Shown piece by piece: positions 1-10,310 of a DNA stretch of 64,000 nucleotides. The stretch lies in NCBI GenBank assembly GCA_031411295.1, contig JANOAV010000091.1, positions 1 through 64,000 of the forward strand, read 5' to 3'. A model generated the notes under the pieces. It worked only from the letters and a program-made list of their open reading frames with translations, did no database searches and was not told where the DNA came from. The position numbers and the translations under genes were made by a program. How positions within the stretch are numbered: the stretch's first letter is position 1; the number at the start of each line of letters is the position of its first letter. Origin of the DNA: Verrucomicrobiales bacterium (GTDB lineage: Bacteria; Verrucomicrobiota; Verrucomicrobiia; Verrucomicrobiales; V1-33).

Positions 1-2496
1 TCACGGCCGCACCAACCGGTAGAACCTGCGCGAATCATCCCTGGGTTCGTAAATGGTGTAGTCCGCGCCTTCGAGGACGGCGGGTTGGGTGACGTCCAGC
101 CAAGTGCCGGATTGCAGGGTGAGCGACCACTGAAGGCGGAGATTGGCGGGACCAGTTAGGGGCCAGGACAGCCGCAGGGCGCTGCCTGCGAGAATGGATG
201 AATTTAGGAGGATGGGAGCATTTCCAGGATCGGCATTACCGGAAATCAGGCGAATGTTATCCAGCAGCACGGTGCGATCTCCCGTGTTGCTGGTGGCGGT
301 AAATTTCAACTCTCCCGCTGCCGCAGGCGCGTTGAAGACCACGTAGCGTTGGTTGTAGGGAGTGGCACCATACACTGGCGTCAGAACTTCGTTGAATAAC
401 GTGCTGCCAGCAAAGGTGACATTGTAAGGAGTGCCGGGAGCGGTCCAGCCTGCACTGCGGGTGTTCACCGCATAGGCTAGGGTGTAGGTGCCGCCGGGCA
501 CCAGCCCGGAAATATTCTGCGCTAGCGAGCCCGCGTTCTGAATGAAGAACACCATTTCCTGATCCGGGGCATCGCCATTGTCAGTGAATGGTCCCACACC
601 ATCAGAGTTCAGTCCGATGCCACCTGTGACGGTCCAGCCTGCGACGGGTGTGGCTCCGGCATAGCCGGGATAAGCAATCCTCCCGCTCGCATCGAAGCTT
701 GGATTCTGCAGCACAATTTCCCCCGCGCCACGCGGCACGATAGTCACGGCATCCAGTAGCAGCGTGGCATCGCCCGTGACACTGGTGGTAAACTCTAGCA
801 AGCCACCGGAGGTCGCTGGCGTAAACGGAATGGTGATGGTGTAGAACGCGTTAGCTCCGCCCACGGGAGTGACAGGTGGAATGGCTCCGATCGCATTTCC
901 CGCAAAGCGCACGCTGGCTTGGGTGGTTCCTGTAGTCCGTGCATTGTAGCGGCATTGCAGCCAGTATTGGGTGTTAGGAACAAGCCCTGCGATGATCTGG
1001 CTCAGCGTGTTGGCTCCTTGAATAAACGCCACCTGCGCAGCATCCGGCACCGCTCCGTTATCGAGAAATGGCATCCCTGCGCGATTCAATCCCGTGTTTC
1101 CCAGGAACGTAGAATCCCACCCAGTAATGGCTCCGTAACCCGTGGTGCCTGCAGCACTATCCAATTCAAAACTCGGATTCCGCACCAATTGATTTGTCAC
1201 ATTGACACTCACCACCCGATCCACACACAGCGAGGCGGAGTTCAGCATTTCCAAGTTTACAGCCCCCGGGGCTACCGCTTCGACGAGAAAGGATTTCGTC
1301 AGAGGATCGCCCGCCACCCATGTTAGTGCGATAACATCATCAATGCCGGAGGGAATGCGCACCACCAAGGGATTCGGGCTGCGCATGATGACATTCACCC
1401 CGCCCACCGGCGGAAATGCCAGCAACTGCGCAGGCACGGTCACATTGATGGTGGCCTGCACCGTGGGGGCCAGTTCGAGTTTCGTGGGGGTCAATCCCAG
1501 ACAAGGCAACGGATCCTGCACAATCCCCATCACCCTCACATTGTCCAGCAGGACGGTTTGGTCTCCGGTGGCGGTTTGGGTAAATTCTATCAACGCAGAA
1601 TTCGCGGCCGCGGTGAAATTTGCCGTGCGCACCACATAAGCCGCAGACGTGCCCACCGCCGTTACCGTGGCCTCCGAGATAACGGCTCCCTGAGCCGAAA
1701 TGCGCAGCGTTGGCGTGTTAGGGCTGCGCGCATTCACCGCCACCGAGACCGTATAATTTTCCCCGGGCACCAATCCGCTAACCGTTTGCTTGGCAGTGGA
1801 GTTTTGCCCCTGAAGAAACATCACGTGATCCTGTTCGGGTGTGGCTCCGTTGTTCGCCATGGTGCCCCCGCTGCGATTAAGCCCCACGCTGCCAGTCGTA
1901 ATCCAGCCTGCATAGGGCGCGGTGGTGGAATCGCCACTCGCTTCGAAGCCTGGATTCACCAAGGTGGCGTTTCCCAGATCGCGTTGCACAATATTTATCG
2001 CATCATAGTCCACCGTGGCATCTCCCGTGACGGTGGTGACAAACGACAGCGTGCCCGTGGGAGCCGTGGCATCGAAGGGAACGCTGCGGAATTTATAGGG
2101 TGCCCCAGCAGTGGACGCGGTCACACTGTTGATCTTTGTTAGCTCGGCTCCATTCCAACGCACACTGATATCAATGCTGCCACCGCAACAGCCGCGCGCA
2201 TCATAGTGGAATTGAATCCAGTAACGTTTCCCCGCCGTCAAACCCGTGATCGCCTGACTCAACGTGCCCGCGCCCTGCTGGAAGCCGACCCGCGTGCCAT
2301 CCGGAATGGGCGTGCCCGCATTGTGAAATGGTCCCGTGCTCTGATTCACCCCACTGCCGCCCGTCCAACTCGTGATCGCGCTATAGCCGGGGAACGTAGC
2401 ATTGTAGTTCAATTCGAAGCTGGGATTGGCCACGAAGGAAGCTGCCACAGCAAAGCTTGGGATCAGCAGAAGGAGAAATGTGAAGAAATGGCGCAT
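1..2496 (-). CDS. Secreted protein with four CBM/DUF642-like beta-sandwich repeats, a central Ig-like spacer and a C-terminal F[YF]R[LV] tail domain
   Basis: ORF 1..2583. The better start is ATG 2496, giving signal peptide MRHFFTFLLLLIPSFAVAA. Four repeats start NPSFE/NPGFE/NPSFE/NPSFD and end D[AN][IV]. Protein ends RRFYRLVRP. Confidence 0.75.
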   Translation of the reverse strand: MRHFFTFLLLLIPSFAVAASFVANPSFELNYNATFPGYSAITSWTGGSGVNQSTGPFHNAGTPIPDGTRVGFQQGAGTLSQAITGLTAGKRYWIQFHYDARGCCGGSIDISVRWNGAELTKINSVTASTAGAPYKFRSVPFDATAPTGTLSFVTTVTGDATVDYDAINIVQRDLGNATLVNPGFEASGDSTTAPYAGWITTGSVGLNRSGGTMANNGATPEQDHVMFLQGQNSTAKQTVSGLVPGENYTVSVAVNARSPNTPTLRISAQGAVISEATVTAVGTSAAYVVRTANFTAAANSALIEFTQTATGDQTVLLDNVRVMGIVQDPLPCLGLTPTKLELAPTVQATINVTVPAQLLAFPPVGGVNVIMRSPNPLVVRIPSGIDDVIALTWVAGDPLTKSFLVEAVAPGAVNLEMLNSASLCVDRVVSVNVTNQLVRNPSFELDSAAGTTGYGAITGWDSTFLGNTGLNRAGMPFLDNGAVPDAAQVAFIQGANTLSQIIAGLVPNTQYWLQCRYNARTTGTTQASVRFAGNAIGAIPPVTPVGGANAFYTITIPFTPATSGGLLEFTTSVTGDATLLLDAVTIVPRGAGEIVLQNPSFDASGRIAYPGYAGATPVAGWTVTGGIGLNSDGVGPFTDNGDAPDQEMVFFIQNAGSLAQNISGLVPGGTYTLAYAVNTRSAGWTAPGTPYNVTFAGSTLFNEVLTPVYGATPYNQRYVVFNAPAAAGELKFTATSNTGDRTVLLDNIRLISGNADPGNAPILLNSSILAGSALRLSWPLTGPANLRLQWSLTLQSGTWLDVTQPAVLEGADYTIYEPRDDSRRFYRLVRP

Positions 2497-2603
2497 GGAG
2501 GTTACGTGTCCTTGTAGCGGATGAGGCAAATCAGCGTCAATTGATTTTGACACCAGAACGCGCAGCCTGCTATTCTCGGGCATCCTTTAGAAATTAATTC
2601 ATC

Positions 2604-3740
2604 ATGAACCCCCCTCGTTCTGCCCTTGTTCTTGCCTCCGTTTGTTGTCTCCCGGTCTGTGCCACAGCTGGTTTGAGCAGTATCTCGATCGTTAATCCTG
2701 GATTCCAAGCGGACAACTACACGGCGGCTCCCGGCTACAATGGATCGGCTGGCAATCCAAGTAATCCTACGGGCTGGACGCAATCTGGCGGCGGCGGGGT
2801 GAATGGCACGGACATTGGGGCTGGCGCTCCGTTTTCTGATGGCGCTCAGTTGGATGGGACTCGGGCGGGCTTTATTCAAGGCTCCGGCACGATCAGTCAG
2901 GGGCTTAGCGGATTCACTCCCGGGGCGCAGTATTATTTCCAAGGCTATTTCCGCGGACGCAATTGCTGTGGTGATGTGCCGGTGTTCAATGTGAATATTG
3001 GTGCCACCTCAGTGGTTACCAACGCCAACGTGGGTGCTGGAACTTGGCAGGCGATCTCCGTTCCCTTTACTGCGGGCTCTGCCAGTCAGTTGCTTAGCAT
3101 CAGCAGTGCCGCTTCAGCCGGGGGCGATGCTTCATTGGCTTATGATGGCTTTACCATTTTCCAGTTAGACTCAAACTACGTCCCGCTGCTCAATCCCAGC
3201 TTCGAGGCAGGCGGCACTTCACTGCCATTCCCAGGTTATACTTCCACTGGCGCCACGCCATCGAGCTTGGCCGGATGGACGAAATCTGGCGATGGCAACG
3301 TGGGCTATAACTATGCGGGAAATGCTCCGTTTGCCGACAACGGAGCCATTCCGGAAGGCCAAGCGGCTGGCTTTATTCAAAATGGCGCGGCTTTATCCCA
3401 GATTGTTAGCGGACTGGCTCCCGGACAAGTCTATAATCTGGAATTGGACTACAACACGCGCAATGATGGCAACAGTGGGCACATTCAAGTCAATCTCGGC
3501 GGCACCACCCTGCTGGATGCTTTCCTAACGCCCGTGGGCGGCTCGAATCCCTGGTATCATTTGTCTGTGCCGTGGACGGCTGGGGCCTCCATTGCTACGC
3601 TGGAAATTAAAGGAATCGCCAACGGTCCGGATGCCACGGTGGTGTTCGACAATGTGAACCTGCGCATCGTGCCAGAGCCATCCATGAGCGCTGTGGCGCT
3701 GCTGGGACTGGCTGCCACGGGCCTGCGTCGGAGGAAGTAA
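2604..3740 (+). CDS. PEP-CTERM surface protein with two CBM/DUF642-like repeats
   Basis: Signal peptide, repeats starting NPGFQ and NPSFE, and a canonical PEP-CTERM tail VPEPSMSAVALLGLAATGLRRRK. Confidence 0.9.
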   Translation: MNPPRSALVLASVCCLPVCATAGLSSISIVNPGFQADNYTAAPGYNGSAGNPSNPTGWTQSGGGGVNGTDIGAGAPFSDGAQLDGTRAGFIQGSGTISQGLSGFTPGAQYYFQGYFRGRNCCGDVPVFNVNIGATSVVTNANVGAGTWQAISVPFTAGSASQLLSISSAASAGGDASLAYDGFTIFQLDSNYVPLLNPSFEAGGTSLPFPGYTSTGATPSSLAGWTKSGDGNVGYNYAGNAPFADNGAIPEGQAAGFIQNGAALSQIVSGLAPGQVYNLELDYNTRNDGNSGHIQVNLGGTTLLDAFLTPVGGSNPWYHLSVPWTAGASIATLEIKGIANGPDATVVFDNVNLRIVPEPSMSAVALLGLAATGLRRRK

Positions 3741-6700
3741 TGTTGATCGCAAAACCAGTGGAGGGCGAGGTAACGAGACCAACGGATGGCTCTGCTGAAG
3801 TTGCGTGGCGGGGCGCTGGTCTCCTAACGTCGCCCTCTACATGGCCTTGTCGTCGGGGCAAGCTGCCCCGACTCCTTTGCTGGGTTGCAGCGCTAACGCT
3901 GGCATCTGCGAACGCTTCGCCTGACTGCGTGGTGACGTTTAATGAGATCAACTACAGCCCATCTGCGGGGCCGGAGTGGGTGGAGTTAGTAAATGAATTT
4001 TCCATCCCGGTCGATGTCGGCGGATGGACGTTGGATGGCGGCATGAGCTATACGATTCCCGATGGCACTACGCTGGCTCCAGGCGCGCATTTAGTCGTCT
4101 CGCAGACGGCCGGAAACCCTGCTGGCTCCTTGGGTCCATTCACTGGCATCCTCAACAACGCGGGCGACGAACTCCGGCTTCACACGCGTCATGGACGGCT
4201 GATGGATCGGGTGAAATACGACAACACTGGCGCGTGGCCGGCACTGCCTGCGGGCATGACGCTGGCGAAAAATTCCCCCATCACCTCCAGTGAACTAGCC
4301 GCCAGCTGGACCGCCAGCACGCAGGCCAACGGCACGCCGGGGGCGCTCAATTTCCCTGCCGCAGCGGCCAACTCCACCGTAGCGAATCGGATTGCATTTA
4401 CTGCTGGCAGCTTTTGGAAATATGCGCCCACTGGCCAAACCCCTGCGGCGGGTTGGACCAGTTATGGCTTCGCAGAGACGGGATGGACTTATGGCATGGG
4501 CGCGCTGGGATCAGCTTCTGTGGCTGGTTCCACTGCCATCACCAGTTTGCCGGCCGCTCCCAGCCACTATTTCCGCAAGGCATTCGTGCTCCCTCCCGGC
4601 ATCAGCACACCGCAATTGATCCTGTCAGGAAAATTACGCGGCACCGCTACGATTTACCTGGACGGAGTCCAAGTAGCGCAGTTCCCGCAACAGGACGGGC
4701 CGTTCAGCAAACTCATCAACACGCCAGTTCTCGCGTTAGGCTCCCATCAGCTTGCAGTGCAAACTTCGCCAGGCAGCGACACTGCGGATGGCTGGGACGC
4801 GGCGTTAGCGATCATCACCCCGGACGCGGTCTCGTCCACTGCTGGCCCTACCACGAGCGCGATCGTCATCAATGAAATCCTCTATCACAAGCGTCCGCAG
4901 TATCGCAGCGAGACGCCCGCGCAGGCTTACGTGGAGAGTGCTGAAGAGTTTATTGAGCTGCACAATGCTGGCTCCAGCGAAGTTGATTTGGCCGGTTGGA
5001 GATTAAGCGATGCCGTGGACTACACCTTCCCTGCGGGCACGCTCCTGCCAGCGGGAGGCTTCCTCGTGGTCAATCAAACGCAATTTAGCGGCACCCTAAG
5101 CAATGCGGGAGAGCGCATCCGCCTGCGTAATGCGGCGGATGTTTTGGTGGACGAGGTTTCCTACGCGGATGGTGGGCGCTGGCCGGAAGCTTCCGATGGC
5201 GGCGGCGTGAGTTTGGAACTGAAAGATCCACGCGCTGACAATTCCCAGCCGGAAGCCTGGGCTGCCAGCATCGAGAATGCCCCATGGCAAACCATCACCT
5301 ACACCTTGCTGGGCGCGGAACCACCCAATACGAATAATCCTGACACCTGGCACGAATTCCTCTTCGGCCTGCTGGATGCGGGCGATGTTCTCGTGGACGA
5401 CGTTAGTGTCATTGAAGATCCCACGGGCACACCGGTGCAAGTAATTCAGAATGGCTCCTTCGAATCTGACACGATTGGCCAAGTGCCAGCGCGATGGCGG
5501 TGCCTGGGCACGCATAACCTCAGCACGGTGGTGGCCGATCCCACGGGCCCGGGAAAGGTGCTGCGGATTTTGACCACGGGGGAAATGGAGCACACTTACA
5601 ATTGCTGTTCCACCACGCTGGTGGGGAATCGCGCCATCAGTGCGACGAAGAACTATCAAATCTCCTTTCGCGCCAAGTGGCTCAGCGGCAGCCCGCAACT
5701 CAACAGTCGGCTGTATCTCAACCGATGTGCCCGCACCACAATTCTAGCGCAACCCACCACCACTGGAACGCCGGGAGCGGTGAATACGCAGCGACTGGTT
5801 AACGTGGGACCCACCGGCCATCGACTGCTCCATTCACCATTGATTCCTACGGCCACACAATCGGTTCGCGTCAGTGTGGACCTGTCTGATCCTGACAACA
5901 TTTCGCAGACTTTCGTTTACTATAGTGTGAATGGTGGATCCTGGCAGCAGGCCGGCCTGGCGGGTGAAAATGGTGGTCGGTATTCTGCGGTGATCCCGGG
6001 CCAGGCGGATGGCGCGGTGGTGCAATTTTATGTGCAGGCAACGGACGGTTTGGGGGCGACGACATTTCTTCCCGCGGGCGGGCCTAACTCACGTGCACTC
6101 TTCCGCGTGGGCGATGGCGGCGGGGCCAATCAGACGGTAAGCACGAAGGTCCGCTGCATCATGACCGCAACGGATGCGAATGGATTGCACGATCCTCTCG
6201 CTGCCGTTAGCAATTTCCGCTGGGGTTGCACCGTGATTGATGGCGAGCGTGAAGTTTACTACGATGCTGGTGTCCGTCTGCGCTCTGCTCCCTTTGGCCG
6301 ACAAGGGACGCGCGCAGGTTGGAACATTAGTTTCCCCTCACAACAACCATTCCGTGGCACGCATGGCGGCATCGTGATTGATGGTGCCTTCAACATGCCG
6401 AAGGGCGATGGCACGGGTTGGCAGGAAAATACCATCGGCCCCAGCGTGAATGAAATGCTGTATCAGACCATCGCGAATCGCGCTGGTGGCATGGCGGCCA
6501 CGTATGATGATATTTGCTGGTTCGAGGCTCCCATTCCCACCTACAATCGACTGGCACAATTGAAGATGGCGCGTTTCAATAATGGCTATCTGGACAGCAT
6601 TTTCGCAGGGGATGACGCCAACGGCAGCCTCTACAAACAGGAGCTGATTTACTATCCAGCGTCCACCGTGGACGGCAATCCCGAGAGCCTGAAGAACGGC

Positions 6701-8344
6701 TACAGTCAAGTGCGGGACTTGGATATCAAGAGCCTGGGCAGCTCGATGGATAGTTATCGTTTCACTTATCTGCTGCAGAATCACACGGATCGGGATGACT
6801 TCAGTCGCATCATAAACATGGCTACCGCGTTCGATTCTCCCGCCGCCACACTTTACGATAATTCCTGCGCTGCCATCGATACTGACAACTGGATGCGCGT
6901 GCTGGCCATGAACGCACTGATGGGTCTGGCGGATACCTACAACCAAGGCTTGGCGCACAACATGATGTTCTACGCCAGGCCTTCCGATGGCCGCGTGCTG
7001 CTGATGCCCTGGGATCAGGATCACGCCTTCTACTACGCCACCAACTCCAGCATCTTCGGATTCGGAACGCATCGGGCCGCTGCCATCATTGCGTTGCCGC
7101 AGAACCGTCGCTTGTTCTGCAAGCATCTGCAAAATTTCTGCAATACTGGCTTCCGCAACGAATTCCTCGATCCCTTCATCAGCGCTCTGAGCACCACCGC
7201 GCAGCGCCCGGGCTACGCTTACAATTTCAAAACATGGGTCACGAATCGACGCGCTTATGTTCTGAGCCAACTATCCACACAGCACCCCAGCGTGCCGTTC
7301 ATCATCACAACCAATGGTGGCGCGGATTTCACGGTCACGACGTCCTCCGTAACCCTAACGGGCAACGGATGGATTGACGTGGATCGGATTCGCCTCCACG
7401 CCACGGGAGAAACGCTGCCTGTCATCTGGACCAACGCCAGTGCTTGGCAAATTACAGTTCCGCTGAAAGGTGGTGCTAACCTCATTTCCCTATCTGCACT
7501 GGACATGACTGGCATAGCCGTGGGAAATGATACCATCACGATCACCAACAATGGCCCGGAAGCAGCCTCGGCGGCTAATCTGGTGCTCAGTGAAATCAAC
7601 TACCATCCCGCCGATCCCGATGGTAACACCCTGGAATTCATCGAACTGCAAAACATCGGCCCGCGCACGGTCGATTGCACCGGCTGTAAATTTACCGCCG
7701 GCATTGATTACAGTTTCCCCGCAAATTACAGCATTCCCAGCGGCGGTTACGCCTTGATCGTGCAGAACCTCGCAGCCTTCAATACTCGCTATGGCGGCGG
7801 ACTGCCCATTGCTGGCGCATGGTCCGCGCTCAAGAAACTCAGCAACGGGGGAGACCACATCACGCTCGAAGACCGAGGCGCAGCCTCCGTCAAAGACTTC
7901 AGCTATGATGACACCGCTCCATGGCCGACTTCGCCTGATGGTTTGGGAAACACGCTCGTGCTAGTCTCGCCTGCCACGAACCCAGATCACGACTTGGCGG
8001 CAAGCTGGCGCGCCAGCACGAACGTGGGTGGCAGCCCCGGCACGGCAGATCCCAGCGCGGCCCCCAGTAATCTACCCCCGTTAGTGTTGACCGAATTACT
8101 GATTACTTCACCCACCGTTTCCTTCACTTCTGGCACCGCCCGCATCACCTGGGAAGAGTCCGCCACCATGGATCCAGCCATCAAAGTGATTCCCGAAATC
8201 AGCTACGACCTCCATCACTGGGAAGCTGATCCCACGCAGCAAGTGTTGACGCCACTAGCAGCTGGAACGAATTCCAGGATTAAATCCCTGGAACTGGCCA
8301 CAGATAAAACGACAGTGTTCTTCCGATTAAGATTCACGCGGTGA
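3740..8344 (+). CDS. Lamin-tail-domain / CotH kinase family secreted protein
   Basis: Three lamin-tail-like units ([FIL][NS]EI[NL]Y...E[WF][VI]EL.N), CotH-like core (MGLADTY..., HNMMFY, PWDQDHAF), C-terminal VFFRLRFTR. ATG overlaps the upstream stop (TAATG). The signal-like stretch is ~40 aa in, so the start is uncertain. Confidence 0.82.
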   Translation: MLIAKPVEGEVTRPTDGSAEVAWRGAGLLTSPSTWPCRRGKLPRLLCWVAALTLASANASPDCVVTFNEINYSPSAGPEWVELVNEFSIPVDVGGWTLDGGMSYTIPDGTTLAPGAHLVVSQTAGNPAGSLGPFTGILNNAGDELRLHTRHGRLMDRVKYDNTGAWPALPAGMTLAKNSPITSSELAASWTASTQANGTPGALNFPAAAANSTVANRIAFTAGSFWKYAPTGQTPAAGWTSYGFAETGWTYGMGALGSASVAGSTAITSLPAAPSHYFRKAFVLPPGISTPQLILSGKLRGTATIYLDGVQVAQFPQQDGPFSKLINTPVLALGSHQLAVQTSPGSDTADGWDAALAIITPDAVSSTAGPTTSAIVINEILYHKRPQYRSETPAQAYVESAEEFIELHNAGSSEVDLAGWRLSDAVDYTFPAGTLLPAGGFLVVNQTQFSGTLSNAGERIRLRNAADVLVDEVSYADGGRWPEASDGGGVSLELKDPRADNSQPEAWAASIENAPWQTITYTLLGAEPPNTNNPDTWHEFLFGLLDAGDVLVDDVSVIEDPTGTPVQVIQNGSFESDTIGQVPARWRCLGTHNLSTVVADPTGPGKVLRILTTGEMEHTYNCCSTTLVGNRAISATKNYQISFRAKWLSGSPQLNSRLYLNRCARTTILAQPTTTGTPGAVNTQRLVNVGPTGHRLLHSPLIPTATQSVRVSVDLSDPDNISQTFVYYSVNGGSWQQAGLAGENGGRYSAVIPGQADGAVVQFYVQATDGLGATTFLPAGGPNSRALFRVGDGGGANQTVSTKVRCIMTATDANGLHDPLAAVSNFRWGCTVIDGEREVYYDAGVRLRSAPFGRQGTRAGWNISFPSQQPFRGTHGGIVIDGAFNMPKGDGTGWQENTIGPSVNEMLYQTIANRAGGMAATYDDICWFEAPIPTYNRLAQLKMARFNNGYLDSIFAGDDANGSLYKQELIYYPASTVDGNPESLKNGYSQVRDLDIKSLGSSMDSYRFTYLLQNHTDRDDFSRIINMATAFDSPAATLYDNSCAAIDTDNWMRVLAMNALMGLADTYNQGLAHNMMFYARPSDGRVLLMPWDQDHAFYYATNSSIFGFGTHRAAAIIALPQNRRLFCKHLQNFCNTGFRNEFLDPFISALSTTAQRPGYAYNFKTWVTNRRAYVLSQLSTQHPSVPFIITTNGGADFTVTTSSVTLTGNGWIDVDRIRLHATGETLPVIWTNASAWQITVPLKGGANLISLSALDMTGIAVGNDTITITNNGPEAASAANLVLSEINYHPADPDGNTLEFIELQNIGPRTVDCTGCKFTAGIDYSFPANYSIPSGGYALIVQNLAAFNTRYGGGLPIAGAWSALKKLSNGGDHITLEDRGAASVKDFSYDDTAPWPTSPDGLGNTLVLVSPATNPDHDLAASWRASTNVGGSPGTADPSAAPSNLPPLVLTELLITSPTVSFTSGTARITWEESATMDPAIKVIPEISYDLHHWEADPTQQVLTPLAAGTNSRIKSLELATDKTTVFFRLRFTR

Positions 8345-8397
8345 AGGCCATGGGTGCTATTGTCTCACGACTACGTTCCTTCAGTCCCTAAAACACC

Positions 8398-8550
8398 ATG
8401 TCAATTGCTGACTGCTTGGCCGCTCTGCTGAACGATCTCATCAACAACCAAGAGGTGCGCACCAGTTTGGCCACTAACATGGAGAAGTTGGGACATCTGG
8501 ACGCAGCCGAACAGGTTTGTCTGGCCCTTGAAGGACTAGTCCAACCATAG
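8398..8550 (+). pseudogene. 50-aa ORF resembling the C-terminal helices of MurG/GT28 glycosyltransferases (gene remnant)
   Basis: Translates MSIADCLAALLNDLINNQEVRTSLATNMEKLGHLDAAEQVCLALEGLVQP*, resembling the LA..L..L...R..M...LG..DAA pattern of MurG C-termini. An in-frame stop lies just upstream. Confidence 0.4.
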
Positions 8551-8612
8551 CCTGTGCCACGCCCGCGTGCTTTTGCTCCATCCTTGGATCAGGCAGGAGC
8601 GTAAACAGTGGC

Positions 8613-9581
8613 ATGCAAAGAGATCACTGGAAGAATAGTTATCACGGAGCGCTGATGGCAGATGCCTTGGCGATGCCCGTTCATTGGTATTATGATCGGG
8701 CCGCCCTGCGCCATGACTACGGGGTGGTCGATCACTTCATGGCTCCACGCAACCCCCATCCCGGCAGCATTCTCTGGCGCTCTTCTTACGTGGCCCTCAA
8801 TGCGCGGGGAGACATTTTGCGAGATCAGGCCAAGTTTTGGGGACAACGGGAAATTCATTATCATCAATTTCTCCAAGCCGGAGAAAATACCCTCAATTTC
8901 AAGCTGGCACAGGAACTCTACGCCCAAGTGACCGCGCGAGGCGGTTATGATCCAGATGCGTGGCTCGCTCGGTATATTGAACTCATGTTGCGACCAGAGT
9001 GGCATCAGGATACCTATCTGGAAGAATACCACCGGGCCTTCTTCACGCGCTATGCGCAAGGGAAGCAGCCGCGCCAATGTGGCATCCGAGATGAACACAT
9101 CGGAGGCTTGGCCACCGTCCCTGCCCTGGTGGCAGCGCTCGCAGACATGGATCGCGAAGCCTTACGCCGCACCGTGAAACTCCATGTCTCCCTAACGCAC
9201 GATCATCCCCAAGTGCTCTTGGCAGCCGATACCCTGGTGCGCCTCCTTTGGCAGGTCGCTGAAGGTTGTCTACTGCGGGAAGCGCTCCGGAGCGAAGCCG
9301 GAGATTGGTTTTCCAGTAAGGACGCGGAGCGCTGGCAGGAGCAGCCCGATGAGTTGGTTGTGGGCCGACGCTTCAGTCCTGCCTGTTACATTGCCGAGGC
9401 CATGCCGGCCGCGCTGTATCTGACTTGGAAGTATCATGACCAATTCACCATGGGAATCACCGCCAATGCCATGGTGGGAGGTGACAACTGTCACCGTGGA
9501 GCCGTGGTCGGCAGTCTCCTGGGAGCCTCCTGCCCAGAGGGTTTGGCTGCCTTCATGAACGTAAACCAGCTCGCTAGCTGA
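8613..9581 (+). CDS. ADP-ribosylglycohydrolase family protein (atypical motifs)
   Basis: N-terminal GALMADALAMPVHW, LTH motif and C-terminal NAMVGGDNCHRGAVVGSLLGA. Confidence 0.8.
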   Translation: MQRDHWKNSYHGALMADALAMPVHWYYDRAALRHDYGVVDHFMAPRNPHPGSILWRSSYVALNARGDILRDQAKFWGQREIHYHQFLQAGENTLNFKLAQELYAQVTARGGYDPDAWLARYIELMLRPEWHQDTYLEEYHRAFFTRYAQGKQPRQCGIRDEHIGGLATVPALVAALADMDREALRRTVKLHVSLTHDHPQVLLAADTLVRLLWQVAEGCLLREALRSEAGDWFSSKDAERWQEQPDELVVGRRFSPACYIAEAMPAALYLTWKYHDQFTMGITANAMVGGDNCHRGAVVGSLLGASCPEGLAAFMNVNQLAS

Positions 9582-10212
9582 GGATAATGCCGCGCAGTTT
9601 GCCGAGACCGCGGCGGATTCTTGCCTTAACCGTTCCCAACGGGGCACCCGTGCGTTGGGCTATCTCCGCTTGAGTTAAACCATCAAAGAACGCCAGCTGG
9701 ATGGCTTGCCGCTGTTCCGGAGACAACAACATGACCGCCGAACGCGCCTCCTGGGCGAGTTCTTTAATTTCGACCTCGACCGCAGGCGACGGAGCCGCCC
9801 AGCCCTTTTCCATTTCCGATTCTTGCTCAAATCCGTGATTCAATTTGCTGCGACGATCCCGACTGCGAAATTTATCGATCGCCCGGTTTCGCGCCAAAGT
9901 CGTGAGCCAAGTTGTAGGCTTTCCGCGTTCCTCGCTATACATGTCCGCCTTTTTCCAAAGCACCGCAAACACCTCTTGGGTAACGTCTTCGGTGTCTTGC
10001 TGATTGTGGAGGACCTGCATCACGGTCGCGAACACCAAGCCCGAAAAGCGACGATGCAATTCTGCAAAGGCTACGCGATCTCCGCCTGCCACGGCTCGGA
10101 AAATAGCTCTGACTTCGGCCAACTCCAGTTGTTTGGCCTGCTCGGCTGCAACATCGAGTTCTGAGGAATCTAGGGTGGTAAGGGTCATCGTGGAGATTCT
10201 GTTTAGGTTCAT
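9574..10212 (-). CDS. ECF-family RNA polymerase sigma-70 factor (SigK-like)
   Basis: Region 2 (EDVTQEVF..WLTTLARNRAIDKFR) and region 4 (LSPEQRQAIQLAFFDGLTQAEIA..PLGTVKARIRRG). Start taken at ATG 10212. Confidence 0.92.
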   Translation of the reverse strand: MNLNRISTMTLTTLDSSELDVAAEQAKQLELAEVRAIFRAVAGGDRVAFAELHRRFSGLVFATVMQVLHNQQDTEDVTQEVFAVLWKKADMYSEERGKPTTWLTTLARNRAIDKFRSRDRRSKLNHGFEQESEMEKGWAAPSPAVEVEIKELAQEARSAVMLLSPEQRQAIQLAFFDGLTQAEIAQRTGAPLGTVKARIRRGLGKLRGIILS

Positions 10213-10310
10213 GCGTTCATAATTTGTTGCACTTTTGACTAAGATCAAGCTAATTTGTCTTTTATTTCTGAAATTACAGAACAAGGACAAAACATTCTGA
10301 CTTTAGAGAG

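Noticed and set aside
9574..10212. ECF sigma as the dedicated regulator of the TPS operon (VreI analogue)
   Set aside because: It lies ~34 kb from the operon promoter, has no FecR-like partner, and nothing in the sequence links them.
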